Assembly (NCBI GenBank): GCA_965215365.1
Contig: CBDCDS010000003.1
Span: forward strand, 480,001 to 544,000
Length of the DNA stretch: 64,000 nucleotides
Direction of reading: 5' to 3'
Source: Gammaproteobacteria bacterium
GTDB taxonomy: Bacteria > Pseudomonadota > Gammaproteobacteria > Eutrophobiales > Eutrophobiaceae
Below are positions 9,701 to 19,270 of this stretch, piece after piece. Position 1 is the stretch's first letter. Each line of letters begins with the position of its first letter. The notes below the pieces were generated by a model that saw only the letters and a program-made list of their open reading frames with translations, was not told the origin of the DNA and did no database searches. The translations under genes were made by a program, and so were the position numbers.

Positions 9701-9735
9701 GAGAAATAAACCGTCGAAGTCGGGAGATATGCGGG

Positions 9736-10503
9736 TTAAACACAGAAGTGCAGCTCGAACTCTACATCTTTCTCGGTTTGCGCCGGTCGGGTTTTCAGGT
9801 CCGGTTGTTCTAGGAAGCGCACCGTAAGGCGATGTTTGCCGCCGCTGACTTCAGGAAAACATTTCAGTGAACGTTTGGTGATGACTCTGATTAACTTGTT
9901 GGTGGCGCCGGCTTCAACTGATTGCTGAAAAAAACCGTTCTTGGCAACTTCTTTCTGCGCTCTGGCGTTATTCCTGATCATATCCAGCGCCAGCTTGACG
10001 CTCTTGTGGATGAGCGACAGGTCCTCCTGCCATGCGCGCAGGCACTGTTGCCGATCACGCAAGGGCAGATTCAGCCAGTAATGATAAGCCGGCAGGTCAA
10101 AGTTGCAGGCGCCGCCCGCCAGGGAATCTTTCTGTCTGATGGAGGTAATCAGTTCGTCATTCTCCAGCGCCGCGCCCGGTTGGTAGGCATTAGCCCGTAA
10201 ACCTGTCAGGCATTCACTCAGATCCCCGAGAATCTGTTTGAGTTTGTAGGAGTCCACGTCAGGGTTGTCTGCCAGCCCCTTCAACATGGTCTGGCAACGT
10301 TCCAGCTCCCTGAGCAGGTCGGTTTTGATGTCGGCCCACTTCAGTAATTCATTCAGGTCGATCAGCAGGGAGACGAGCAGGCGCATATCAATAGCATCCG
10401 TGGAGCCCGAATAATAGTCCAACCGGCTGAATAAATCCTCGATCCTTAACAAGGCTCTGATGCTTTCATTCAGCGGATGTTCGTAGATCAGACTATTTGT
10501 CAT
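9736..10503 (-). CDS. zapD: Cell division protein ZapD
   Basis: YEHPLNE, GGACNFDLP, PEVSGGKHR motifs; downstream of coaE. Confidence 0.93.
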   Translation of the reverse strand: MTNSLIYEHPLNESIRALLRIEDLFSRLDYYSGSTDAIDMRLLVSLLIDLNELLKWADIKTDLLRELERCQTMLKGLADNPDVDSYKLKQILGDLSECLTGLRANAYQPGAALENDELITSIRQKDSLAGGACNFDLPAYHYWLNLPLRDRQQCLRAWQEDLSLIHKSVKLALDMIRNNARAQKEVAKNGFFQQSVEAGATNKLIRVITKRSLKCFPEVSGGKHRLTVRFLEQPDLKTRPAQTEKDVEFELHFCV

Positions 10504-10646
10504 GGTAATTCTGTCAAACGTCGAGGTCGCCTCACAAATCTGTCCGGAACAGATTTGGACATCCGCAGGATGCCCGCAGGGGGCGCCCCAAGGATGGGAC
10601 GTATCAAAAAATCAGAGAATACCCCGGACGGTTCAAATGAACCCGT

Positions 10647-11243
10647 TCAGAGGTTCCGGTATTTCTCATGCAGGCGTTCCACCTGGGTTTTCACAGTGTT
10701 AATACTACCATCGTTCACGATAATATCATGCGCGGCGTGCAGTCGCTGCTCCCGGCTGACCTGGGCGCTGATTATACTCCTGGTCTGTTGTTCCTCGGCG
10801 TGGTCCCGCAAGCCGACCCGCGCCACTTGCAGCGCCTCGGGCGCGTCCACCACCAACACGCGATCGACGGTTGTTTGGGCGCCGGTTTCCAGCAACAGCG
10901 GAATGCAAATAACACAGTAAGGATAATCTATTTGTTTTATAAATGCTTGAATTTCTTCACGTACCCGCGGATGAATAATCGCTTCTAAGCGTTTTTTCAG
11001 GGTCGGTTCGCAGAAGATCAGCTCACGTAGTCGGTGCCGGTCCAAGTTGCCCGCTTTATCCAGGCTCTGTGTACCGAACAGGGCAACCACCTCGTTGAAA
11101 GCTGCCTGACCGGGTTTTGTAATTCGATGGGAAATTTCGTCCGCGTCGATAGTGGGCACACCCAACTCGTCAAAACAGGTTTTAACGGTTGACTTGCCGC
11201 TGCCTATGCCGCCGGTCAAACCCACGCGCAACGGGGGGTTCAT
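10647..11243 (-). CDS. coaE: Dephospho-CoA kinase
   Basis: VGLTGGIGSGKST, IDAD, LEAIIHPRV; start overlaps pilD stop. Confidence 0.95.
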   Translation of the reverse strand: MNPPLRVGLTGGIGSGKSTVKTCFDELGVPTIDADEISHRITKPGQAAFNEVVALFGTQSLDKAGNLDRHRLRELIFCEPTLKKRLEAIIHPRVREEIQAFIKQIDYPYCVICIPLLLETGAQTTVDRVLVVDAPEALQVARVGLRDHAEEQQTRSIISAQVSREQRLHAAHDIIVNDGSINTVKTQVERLHEKYRNL

Positions 11244-12115
11244 AGCGCTTTCCCTGCGATCGCGTAGAAGTGAGCCAGCGCGTCCAGCCCCCATACCAGG
11301 TTCAGCCATCCCGCCAGGGCCAAGAACGGACCGAAACATATAGGCGCAGTGCGTGGCTGGCGCCGCCGCACTACCAGATAAAGTCCCACCAGCGCGCCCG
11401 TCAGGGAGGACAGGAAAATGATGGGAATCAGTGCTTCCCAGCCGCACCAGGCGCCCAGCATGGCCAGCAACTTCATATCGCCCCGTCCCAGACCTTCCCT
11501 GCCGGCTATGAGCCGGTAAAGCTGGTAGATCAGCCACAGTATGCCATAACCTGCCACCGCGCCGATCAGAGCCGAATGCAGGTCGGTAAACAGACCGAAC
11601 CCGTTGCACAACAAGCCCAGCCAGAGTAACGGCAGAGTGATATTGTCCGGCAGCAGTTGCCGGTCAATGTCGATGAAGGTCAGGACGATGAGTGCCCAGG
11701 TGAACAGGCAGGCAAAAAACGCTTGGGGGCCGAGACCGAACCTGATTGCAACGAGCAGCGTCAGCGCCGCGCACAACAGTTCCACCAGGGGGTAGCGCAG
11801 GGAAATCCGGTTACGACAGGCGCTGCACCTGCCGCGCAGCAAGAGGTAGCTGAGCACGGGGATATTTTCCATTACCGTAAGCCGGCGCGCACAGTGCGGG
11901 CAGGTGGAACCCGGTCGCAGCAGGTTGTAGGGCTGTGTCACGACGTGCGTGGCGGCGGGCAATTGAAGAAACTCGCAACACTCCCGGCGCCAGGTTTCCT
12001 CGAGCATGCACGGCAGGCGCAGGATGACCACGTTCAGGAAGCTGCCGATGAGCAGCCCGAGGATGCCAGCGGCGCTGTAAAAGAGGGGAGGGGGAATTTG
12101 CTGTAAGGTGTTCAT
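11240..12115 (-). CDS. pilD: Prepilin peptidase/N-methyltransferase
   Basis: GSFLNVVI.RLP, CPHC...CSAC, DIDRQLLPD, GRGDMKL, FGPFLA. Confidence 0.95.
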   Translation of the reverse strand: MNTLQQIPPPLFYSAAGILGLLIGSFLNVVILRLPCMLEETWRRECCEFLQLPAATHVVTQPYNLLRPGSTCPHCARRLTVMENIPVLSYLLLRGRCSACRNRISLRYPLVELLCAALTLLVAIRFGLGPQAFFACLFTWALIVLTFIDIDRQLLPDNITLPLLWLGLLCNGFGLFTDLHSALIGAVAGYGILWLIYQLYRLIAGREGLGRGDMKLLAMLGAWCGWEALIPIIFLSSLTGALVGLYLVVRRRQPRTAPICFGPFLALAGWLNLVWGLDALAHFYAIAGKAL

Positions 12116-12140
12116 GGTAATTGTGGGGACACAATAATCA

Positions 12141-12291
12141 GGGTGCCTCTAAAAATTAGAGGCACCCGTGCAGCATAAGGATGTGCTGCCATTTTTAAGC
12201 ACGTAAGTGCTTGAAAATGAAGGAAATGAAAAATCATACTTTTTCATTTCCGTCTCTAAAAATACCACGGAGGGTATTTTTAGAGGTCACC
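12141..12291. repeat. Palindromic MITE-like repeat (GGCACCTCTAAAAA-type ends)
   Basis: Hairpin gggtgcctctaa-aaa-ttagaggcaccc; ctctaaaaatacc...ggtatttttagag; ATGAAAAATCATAC.TTTTCATTT segment shared in inverted form with 24142-24213. Confidence 0.55.
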
Positions 12292-12451
12292 ATTATACAG
12301 AAAGTTGCCCTCCGGGCGACATGGCGCCTGACCGGACTCCCGCCGGCGCAGCAGTGGCTGGTACGCGGGAATAACAAGCGCCGGTCCCCACCATTCCCGC
12401 GCAAGCAGGCATCCGGCACAGCGATAGGTCGCCACACAGGCGACACCTTGT

Positions 12452-15028
12452 TTATGCGGCAGAGAAAGTCAAAGCGCCGGCTTCGGCATCCACATAAATG
12501 GTATCCGTATTATGAAATTTGCCCGCCAGCAGCTGCTTGGCCAGCGGCGTCTCCAGCTGGGTCTGCACCGCCCGTTTCAGCGGGCGGGCGCCGTACACCG
12601 GGTCATAACCGATATTTGCCAGGGTCTCTTTGGCCTGCTCCGAAAGGGTAATGTCAATATCCTGCTCAGCCAGCCGTTGTTGCAGCCGCCGCACCTGAAT
12701 ATCGGTGATGGCATTCAGGTGTGCGCGCTTGAGGGTGTGGAACACCACCAGGTCGTCTATGCGGTTGAGAAATTCCGGTCGGAAGCAGGTGGACACGATC
12801 TCCAGCACGGTAGTCTTCATGGTCTCGTAGTCGGCATCACCGGACAACTCCCTGATTTGTTCCGAACCCAGATTCGAGGTCATAATGATAACGGTATTAC
12901 GGAAGTCCACGGTGCGGCCCTGACCGTCGGTCAGGCGTCCGTCGTCCAGCGTTTGTAACAATACATTGAACACATCGGGATGGGCCTTTTCCACCTCGTC
13001 CAGCAGCACCAGACTGTACGGCCGGCGCCGTACCTGCTCGGTCAGCTGGCCGCCCTCATCATAACCAACATAGCCCGGCGGCGCCCCGAGCATTCTGGAT
13101 ACCGAGTGTTTCTCCATGTATTCGGACATGTCGATACGCACGATGGCGTCTTCACTGTCGAACAGGAAATCCGCCAGCGCCTTGCACAGTTCGGTCTTGC
13201 CCACGCCAGTCGGGCCGAGGAACAGAAACGAGCCGTTTGGCCGGTTCGGGTCGGCCAGGCCGGCGCGGGCGCGGCGGATGGCATCGGCCACGGCAACGAT
13301 CGCTTCCTCCTGTCCGACCACCCGCTGGCGTAACGCGTCCTCCATGTGCAGCAGCTTGTCCTTTTCACCCTGCAACATCTTCGCCACCGGTATCCCGGTC
13401 CATTTCGAGACAACCTCCGCAATCTCGTTTTCCGTGACCTTGTTGCGCAGCAGTTGCAGGGGTTCGGTTTCGGCTTGTTCAGCGCTTTCCAGTTGCTTCG
13501 CCAGCTCGGGAATAATGCCATACTGTAACTCCGACATGCGGTTCAGGTCGCCGCCCCGTTGCGCGGTTTCGAACTCCATGCGCGCCTGTTCCAGCCGTTC
13601 CTTGACCTCATGCGCGCCTTGCAGCGCGGCTTTCTCCGCTTTCCAGATTTCCTCCAGGTCGGCAAATTCGAGTTCAACCTGGTCGATGTCCTGCTCCAGG
13701 TCAGCCAGACGTTGTCTGGATGCATCATCGGTCTCTTTGTTCAGCGCCGCCTGTTCGATCTTCATCTGGATCAGCCGCCGTTCCAGCCGGTCCATAGCCT
13801 CCGGCTTGGAGTCGATTTCAATGCTGATACGGCTGGCGGCTTCATCGATCAGGTCGATGGCCTTGTCAGGCAGCTGCCGGTCGGTGATGTAGCGCTGCCC
13901 CAGCGTGGCTGCGGAGATAATGGCCGGGTCGGTAATCTGCACATTGTGATGCACTTCATAGCGTTCTTTCAGACCGCGCAGGATGGCGATGGTGTCATTC
14001 ACGTTCGGCTCGTCGATGAACACTTTCTGGAAGCGCCGTTCCAGCGCCGCGTCTTTTTCGATATGCTGGCGGTATTCGTCCAGGGTGGTGGCGCCGATGC
14101 AGTGCAATTCGCCCCGGGCCAGGGCCGGTTTCAGCATGTTGCCGGCGTCCATGGCGCCCTCCGCCTTGCCAGCGCCGACCATGGTGTGCACTTCGTCGAT
14201 GAACAGCACGATGCCGCCCTCCTGTTTTTTCAGGTCGCTCAGCACGGCCTTCAGGCGCTCTTCAAACTCGCCGCGAAACTTCGCCCCGGCGATGAGCGCG
14301 CCCAGGTCCAGCGCCAGCAATTGCTTGCCCTTCAGGGAATCGGGCACCTCGCCGTTGATGATGCGTTGCGCCAGCCCCTCGACAATCGCGGTCTTGCCCA
14401 CGCCGGGCTCGCCGATCAGCACCGGGTTGTTTTTCGTGCGCCGCTGCAACACCTGTATGGTGCGGCGGATTTCCTCATCGCGGCCGATCACCGGGTCCAG
14501 TTTCCCCTGCAGGGCCTGCCCGGTTAAATCAATGGTGAATTTGCCTAGCGCACCGCGGTTATGTTCGCTGTTCGGGTCGTTCACCTGCTCGCCACCGCGC
14601 ACCTTGTCTATGGCAGCCTCTATCTTGCGTTTTTCCGCGCCGCATTCCCGTAACAGCCGGCCCAGTTCGGATTTATCGTCCGCCGCCGCCAGCGAGAACA
14701 GTTCGCTGGAAATATATTGATCCTGGCGCTGTTGCGCGAATTTATCGCTGAGGTTGAGCAACCGCTCCAGCTCCTTGGACAAGTACACCTCGCCATCGTG
14801 ACCCTGGATCTGCGGCAGGTTCTCCAACGCCCGCCCGAGCCCCTGATGCAAGCGCGCAACATCCACCCCGGCCAGCCCCAGCAAATGGGTGGTGGCGCCA
14901 CCTTCCTGATCCAGCAACGCCGCCATCAGGTGCAGCGGCTCGATAAACTGATTATCACGCCCCAGTGCCAGACTCTGCGCCTGCCCCAGGGCCTGCTGGA
15001 ATTTGCTGGTCAGTTTGTCTACACGCAT
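12452..15028 (-). CDS. clpB: ATP-dependent chaperone ClpB
   Basis: Two AAA+ modules (GEPGVGKT; GPTGVGKT), middle coiled coil, GARPLKR. Confidence 0.97.
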   Translation of the reverse strand: MRVDKLTSKFQQALGQAQSLALGRDNQFIEPLHLMAALLDQEGGATTHLLGLAGVDVARLHQGLGRALENLPQIQGHDGEVYLSKELERLLNLSDKFAQQRQDQYISSELFSLAAADDKSELGRLLRECGAEKRKIEAAIDKVRGGEQVNDPNSEHNRGALGKFTIDLTGQALQGKLDPVIGRDEEIRRTIQVLQRRTKNNPVLIGEPGVGKTAIVEGLAQRIINGEVPDSLKGKQLLALDLGALIAGAKFRGEFEERLKAVLSDLKKQEGGIVLFIDEVHTMVGAGKAEGAMDAGNMLKPALARGELHCIGATTLDEYRQHIEKDAALERRFQKVFIDEPNVNDTIAILRGLKERYEVHHNVQITDPAIISAATLGQRYITDRQLPDKAIDLIDEAASRISIEIDSKPEAMDRLERRLIQMKIEQAALNKETDDASRQRLADLEQDIDQVELEFADLEEIWKAEKAALQGAHEVKERLEQARMEFETAQRGGDLNRMSELQYGIIPELAKQLESAEQAETEPLQLLRNKVTENEIAEVVSKWTGIPVAKMLQGEKDKLLHMEDALRQRVVGQEEAIVAVADAIRRARAGLADPNRPNGSFLFLGPTGVGKTELCKALADFLFDSEDAIVRIDMSEYMEKHSVSRMLGAPPGYVGYDEGGQLTEQVRRRPYSLVLLDEVEKAHPDVFNVLLQTLDDGRLTDGQGRTVDFRNTVIIMTSNLGSEQIRELSGDADYETMKTTVLEIVSTCFRPEFLNRIDDLVVFHTLKRAHLNAITDIQVRRLQQRLAEQDIDITLSEQAKETLANIGYDPVYGARPLKRAVQTQLETPLAKQLLAGKFHNTDTIYVDAEAGALTFSAA

Positions 15029-15188
15029 CAATAAACTCCGGTAGTGTGTGACCTTATAAGGTATGGTCAATCAAAGCCGATTCAAGGATATCCAGAATAA
15101 TAGCTGACATAACAGGAACTCATAACCCGTATTCGTAATTCATCCCAGTCATTGAACTTCGGCTGTTTTTTTCCTGATAATCTCAGGA

Positions 15189-16097
15189 ATGAACGAAGTG
15201 ATTTCAGACAGTGCTATTGATAGACGGAATTGTTGGGTTAGAGAGTTGGCCGATCTCAGCGGTGATTTTGTCTCTGATTCTTCACAGGTTGAAGACAGAC
15301 TGTTGAGCGAAATTGAGAAGGAAGGCGCGCCTGCGTTGATTGATCACCTCCGTCTATGCTCTGCTATTCCTGAATCATACGGCATTAATTCCAGTGAAGA
15401 AAAGCTGTACTCAAAATACACTGATGCGATCTTATCTGCCAGTTATTCCCATATTGGACTGAACAGCACAGTATTGACCGAAAGAAGCGACTCGGCTGAC
15501 GTGGAAGCGGTAGCACAGGACTATAGTTTTATCGCGGACGCAAAGGCTTTCAGACTCAGTCGAACAGCAAAGAATCAGAAGGATTTCAAAGTTCAAGCTA
15601 TGGATAACTGGAAGCGAGGAAAGCCGTTTGCCATGATTGTTTGTCTACTTTATCAACTCCCAGTGCGCAACAGTCAGATTTATTCACAGGCGGTAGCCAG
15701 GAATGTCTGCATTTTTTCATATTCCCACCTGGCAGTTTTGTCCGGCTTCGCTGATAGTAACGGTGATGCTGTTGGCCTTTTGCACGAGGTTTTCAAAACC
15801 ATCCAAGCCATGAATCCCTCAAAAGACGCAAGCGTCTATTGGCAGGCCGTAAATCGTACCATGCACAGGTATGGAGGCATTATAAGCGGACTATGGCGGG
15901 ATGAGAAGATAGCGACACTGGAAAGCATTGACATCGCGAAAGATGCAGCCATGCAGTATTACGCGTCACAGCGTGAGCAGATTCTGAAGCTTAGCCATAA
16001 ACAGGCGATTGGTCAGCTGATCAAGATGAGCAAGATAGACAGCCGGATAGAGATCATCAAGTCCATAACGGGCAACTCAATAATGGAGTTGTCCTAA
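15189..16097 (+). CDS. HindIII-family type II restriction endonuclease
   Basis: EKLYSK...ADV...ADAKAFRLSRTAKNQKDFKV signature shared with R.HindIII; convergent with MTase. Confidence 0.85.
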   Translation: MNEVISDSAIDRRNCWVRELADLSGDFVSDSSQVEDRLLSEIEKEGAPALIDHLRLCSAIPESYGINSSEEKLYSKYTDAILSASYSHIGLNSTVLTERSDSADVEAVAQDYSFIADAKAFRLSRTAKNQKDFKVQAMDNWKRGKPFAMIVCLLYQLPVRNSQIYSQAVARNVCIFSYSHLAVLSGFADSNGDAVGLLHEVFKTIQAMNPSKDASVYWQAVNRTMHRYGGIISGLWRDEKIATLESIDIAKDAAMQYYASQREQILKLSHKQAIGQLIKMSKIDSRIEIIKSITGNSIMELS

Positions 16098-16153
16098 CCC
16101 GCAGACAGAACCAATCCGGCGCGATCTTCGCATCACCGGGTGAGATATGCGGG
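16098..16153. mobile_element. 56-bp MITE-like insertion with CCCGCA...TGCGGG termini and CTAA target duplication
   Basis: CTAA|CCCGCA...TGCGGG|CTAA. Confidence 0.6.
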
Positions 16154-17062
16154 CTAAAAGGCAATCTCAGACATCAGGCGACTTTTACAGGTCACGACAT
16201 ATTCCGGCTTGGCTTCAAAGCCTATGTATCGCCTACCAAGCTTTTTAGCTGCCACAAGCGTTGACCCACTCCCGGCAAACGGGTCCAAAACGAGGTGCCC
16301 GGAACGTGTTGTCAGTTCGATCAGTGCTTGCATCAGGCGAACTGATTTTTGGGTTGGATGTTGTCCGCCTTCGCGCTTATCCAGTCCGCACCGGATTATA
16401 TTTTCAGGCTCCTCAACATATCTCAAATAGGCATTTTCGTTGTACGCGCCGACACCATGCTTGAGCGCATTGTCAGCGATTGTTGTCCCGATTTTGTACG
16501 GCTTGGTAAACCACAGGATAGGCTCATAAGTAGGGCGCAAGTTACCCACTTTCCACCCCTGCCATTGTTCAGCTGATTCCGTATCGCCGCGCCGGGAATA
16601 GACAACACTTATCCGTTGCGCCCTATGTGCCGCGCGATCCCGTATCCAGGCAAGATTATCTTTCAGGTTAAATCCGGCATCTTCCATTGCGCAGATGCAG
16701 CGATGAGCCAGTCGCCTTCCGGCAAACACCAACACATTCGCACCAGGCGTCAATACACGGAACCAGTCTGGCGCCCATTGAGAACACCAATCCTGGTATT
16801 GCTTCGGAATATCCCTGTCAGCCTTAGACCACCCATTAATGGGCTTCCCGCGCCGCTTGAATACTGCCCCCGTGGTTTTCTGCGCCGGACTGGAACCAAG
16901 ATAAGCCGAGTTGGTATTTTCATGCAGAACATCCCAATCATCTGAGCCGATGCCGTAGGGAATATCACTCAATATCAGGTGGACAGATTCACTATCAACT
17001 TGCTCAATCAGTTTCAGGGAGTCACCCTGATAGATATTGTTATCTGCTAAAGTTGAATACAC
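16154..17062 (-). CDS. Beta-class amino DNA methyltransferase (M.HindIII-like)
   Basis: LILSDIPYG (motif IV), HPTQK, VLDPFAGSGST (motif I). Confidence 0.9.
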   Translation of the reverse strand: MYSTLADNNIYQGDSLKLIEQVDSESVHLILSDIPYGIGSDDWDVLHENTNSAYLGSSPAQKTTGAVFKRRGKPINGWSKADRDIPKQYQDWCSQWAPDWFRVLTPGANVLVFAGRRLAHRCICAMEDAGFNLKDNLAWIRDRAAHRAQRISVVYSRRGDTESAEQWQGWKVGNLRPTYEPILWFTKPYKIGTTIADNALKHGVGAYNENAYLRYVEEPENIIRCGLDKREGGQHPTQKSVRLMQALIELTTRSGHLVLDPFAGSGSTLVAAKKLGRRYIGFEAKPEYVVTCKSRLMSEIAF

Positions 17063-17212
17063 TGCGGCTCTGCTTCCTTTGGTTTCAATAATCGGGTAAC
17101 TATCCGCTCAAACGACCGCGCACCTCTTTTTCAGATATCCTTCTCTCTCAGGTTGCAGCCGGATACTTGTAATGCTCATATTTGCCTCCAGTAAATTTGC
17201 TCTGTACTTGCA

Positions 17213-18344
17213 TGTCCGGGTTCAGAAACAAGTGAGACTCTTTAGATAAAGAAATCGGGTAGTCTGTGTGTGAATTAATCTCAACTAATTGACACAGGAG
17301 GACTACCCGATGCAGATCAAAAGCCTGCGGGTGAAATCATATCGCAGTTGGCGCGTCGATGATACTACCGATGCTGACGCGCGCGGTCGTTTGAAGCAGT
17401 TGGAATTGGTTGCGACGTTACGCGAGGATGGGTGTGGTGAGGCGACGGCACTGGCAGCAGTAGGTTGGTCGAGGGCGACCTACTACCGTTGGTTGAAGCG
17501 GTATCGTGAACATGGGCTGAAGGGTCTGGGGTGTGGCTCTCGTGCGCCGCGGCGGCGGCGTGTGCCGCAATGGACGCGCCAGCACGAGCAGCAGGTCTTG
17601 CACCTTCGCCAACGTTATCCGTTATGGGGTAAGCGTAAGCTCTGGCGGGTGGGGGTGCGCGAGCAGGGCTGGACTTTGAGCGAGAGTACGGTCGGGCGCA
17701 TCGTGGCGAAGCTGGTGCGGCTGGGTCGGGTCAAGCCGGTGGCGTTTTACTATGGCCGGGTGAAGCCTAAGCGCCGCCGGGCGTTTACCCATCATGCCAA
17801 GCGCTGGCGCTACGGGATGAAGGCTAAGGCGCCAGGGGAGTTGATGCAGATAGACCACATGAGTGTCGGCTTCACGGACGGCATCACGGTGAAGGAGTTC
17901 AAGGCCGTCTGTCCGGTGAGCAAATGGAGTGCGCTGCGAGCCTACAGTCGGGCCACCAGTGGCAATGCCCGGCGCTTCTTAAAAGCGCTGCTCGGTGAGG
18001 CGCCGTTTCCCATCCGTTCTATCCAGGTCGATGGCGGCTCGGAGTTCCGAGATGAGTTCGAGCAGGCTTGCCAGGACTTAGGAATCCCCCTGTACGTGCT
18101 GCCCCCGAAAAAACCCGAATACAACGGCTGTGTAGAACGCGCCAACGCCACCAGCCGCTATGAGTTCTATCCGTTCTACGAGGGTCCACTGACCGTGGCC
18201 GCCATCAACCGCAAACTGGCAGAGTATCAGCAATACTACAATACCTACCGCCCGCATAACGGTATTGGTTTATTAACCCCAATGGAGTATTATCAACAAC
18301 TCACACAGCCTGCCTCTGAGTCTCATATGTATTGAACCTGGACA
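17213..18344 (+). mobile_element. IS481-family insertion sequence, copy 1 (1132 bp)
   Basis: TIRs TGTCCGGGTTCA / TGAACCTGGACA; inverted copy at 48297-49428. Confidence 0.88.
17310..18335 (+). CDS. IS481-family DDE transposase
   Basis: HTH SRATYYRW, PGELMQID, IQVDGGSEF, NGCVERAN, YNTYRPH; GGAGG RBS. Confidence 0.9.
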   Translation: MQIKSLRVKSYRSWRVDDTTDADARGRLKQLELVATLREDGCGEATALAAVGWSRATYYRWLKRYREHGLKGLGCGSRAPRRRRVPQWTRQHEQQVLHLRQRYPLWGKRKLWRVGVREQGWTLSESTVGRIVAKLVRLGRVKPVAFYYGRVKPKRRRAFTHHAKRWRYGMKAKAPGELMQIDHMSVGFTDGITVKEFKAVCPVSKWSALRAYSRATSGNARRFLKALLGEAPFPIRSIQVDGGSEFRDEFEQACQDLGIPLYVLPPKKPEYNGCVERANATSRYEFYPFYEGPLTVAAINRKLAEYQQYYNTYRPHNGIGLLTPMEYYQQLTQPASESHMY

Positions 18345-18475
18345 GGGGGCTTGTAATTATGATAATACGCTGCTATGATTGTTATTACCGCTGAGTTCCT
18401 CAGTGGGCTCTGCTGGTTGCGAACGCCAATAGGCGTTGTATCCGGCAGGTGAAAGCTCTTATGGAGGGCATAACA

Positions 18476-19093
18476 ATGATCGACAACTTCAGTTTTTTGA
18501 ACCCGGTCGTCCCGCAACTGGCCGACCTTCAAGCCTCGAATGAGGACAACACAGGTGTTGCTCCGGCCGACTCGAATGGTTTATTTGAGTTATTCTCCGG
18601 TGAGAAAATAACGGCAGAGCTTCTGGGTAGAGAAGCCACCCTGCAATTCACTTCCGCCAACAGGGTGGACTTTACCGATGACGGCAACACAGTATCGGGA
18701 AGCTATACCTTTGAGAAGACCGAAGGGGGTACGGCAGCATTGGAGCTGCACCTCGACAATGGCGACAGCTACAACATTAACCTCAAGTTCACCTCGGCCA
18801 CCAGCGTGAGCGTTGAGTTCCCCTTTATTGACGGGTTGGCGCCGGCGCCGACAGTCACTGACATTAAGGGCGACTTTCCGGCCTCGGACACCGATTCTGC
18901 TGTCCTGTACCTGGGGAGTTTGAGCGATGATGGCAGCTTGAATGTTGAAGGTGATGCTATGCCGGAAGAACTTGATGTCTACGGGTACGACGTGCGCGCT
19001 GAATCGTCGGATGCTGACTATTCGCCCGCTATCAACCTGTCGGATTTCAGCGAGTTCAACCTGGATCATGCAGATTTTATGTTTTTAGCTTGA
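18476..19093 (+). CDS. Hypothetical highly acidic beta-rich protein
   Basis: 205 aa ORF with GGAGG RBS, D/E-rich. Confidence 0.6.
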   Translation: MIDNFSFLNPVVPQLADLQASNEDNTGVAPADSNGLFELFSGEKITAELLGREATLQFTSANRVDFTDDGNTVSGSYTFEKTEGGTAALELHLDNGDSYNINLKFTSATSVSVEFPFIDGLAPAPTVTDIKGDFPASDTDSAVLYLGSLSDDGSLNVEGDAMPEELDVYGYDVRAESSDADYSPAINLSDFSEFNLDHADFMFLA

Positions 19094-19270
19094 AGCTGAA
19101 AGGCACCTCTGAACCTTGCATGAGCAGGGCGCCCTGCCGCACAGTGTGTACATTGAGACACGCCTGGGCGGCGGGGTGATTATGTATCAAAGTGCCATAG
19201 CTCTGTTTCTTCCCCATCCCTCCCCGTTCGTGTTATAACTACAGTTCTTCTCCAAAACGCGAGTCGCTCA

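Noticed and set aside
9551-9735. Possible CRISPR leader or mini-array upstream of csb1 (IHF site, ATTGAAGGC on the minus strand)
   Set aside because: No repeated unit; features are equally explained by the MITE-like end and promoter
10647-11609. 320-aa extended CoaE
   Set aside because: Extension overlaps pilD out of frame; the likely start is ATG 11243
13116-14720. Long opposite-strand ORFs over clpB (similar ones over secD, the hydrolase and the coiled-coil genes)
   Set aside because: Shadow ORFs expected from GC-rich codon bias; no motifs or RBS
16091-16160. Integron attC site (TAAC...G(C/T)TA inverted ends at stop codons)
   Set aside because: No integron integrase, no cassette array, related ends follow housekeeping genes, and a 4-bp target duplication fits a MITE better
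17050-17179. Short ORF MSITSIRLQPE upstream of the methylase as a controller (C) protein
   Set aside because: Only the first ~11 residues resemble an RHH antitoxin start; no HTH; probably a remnant
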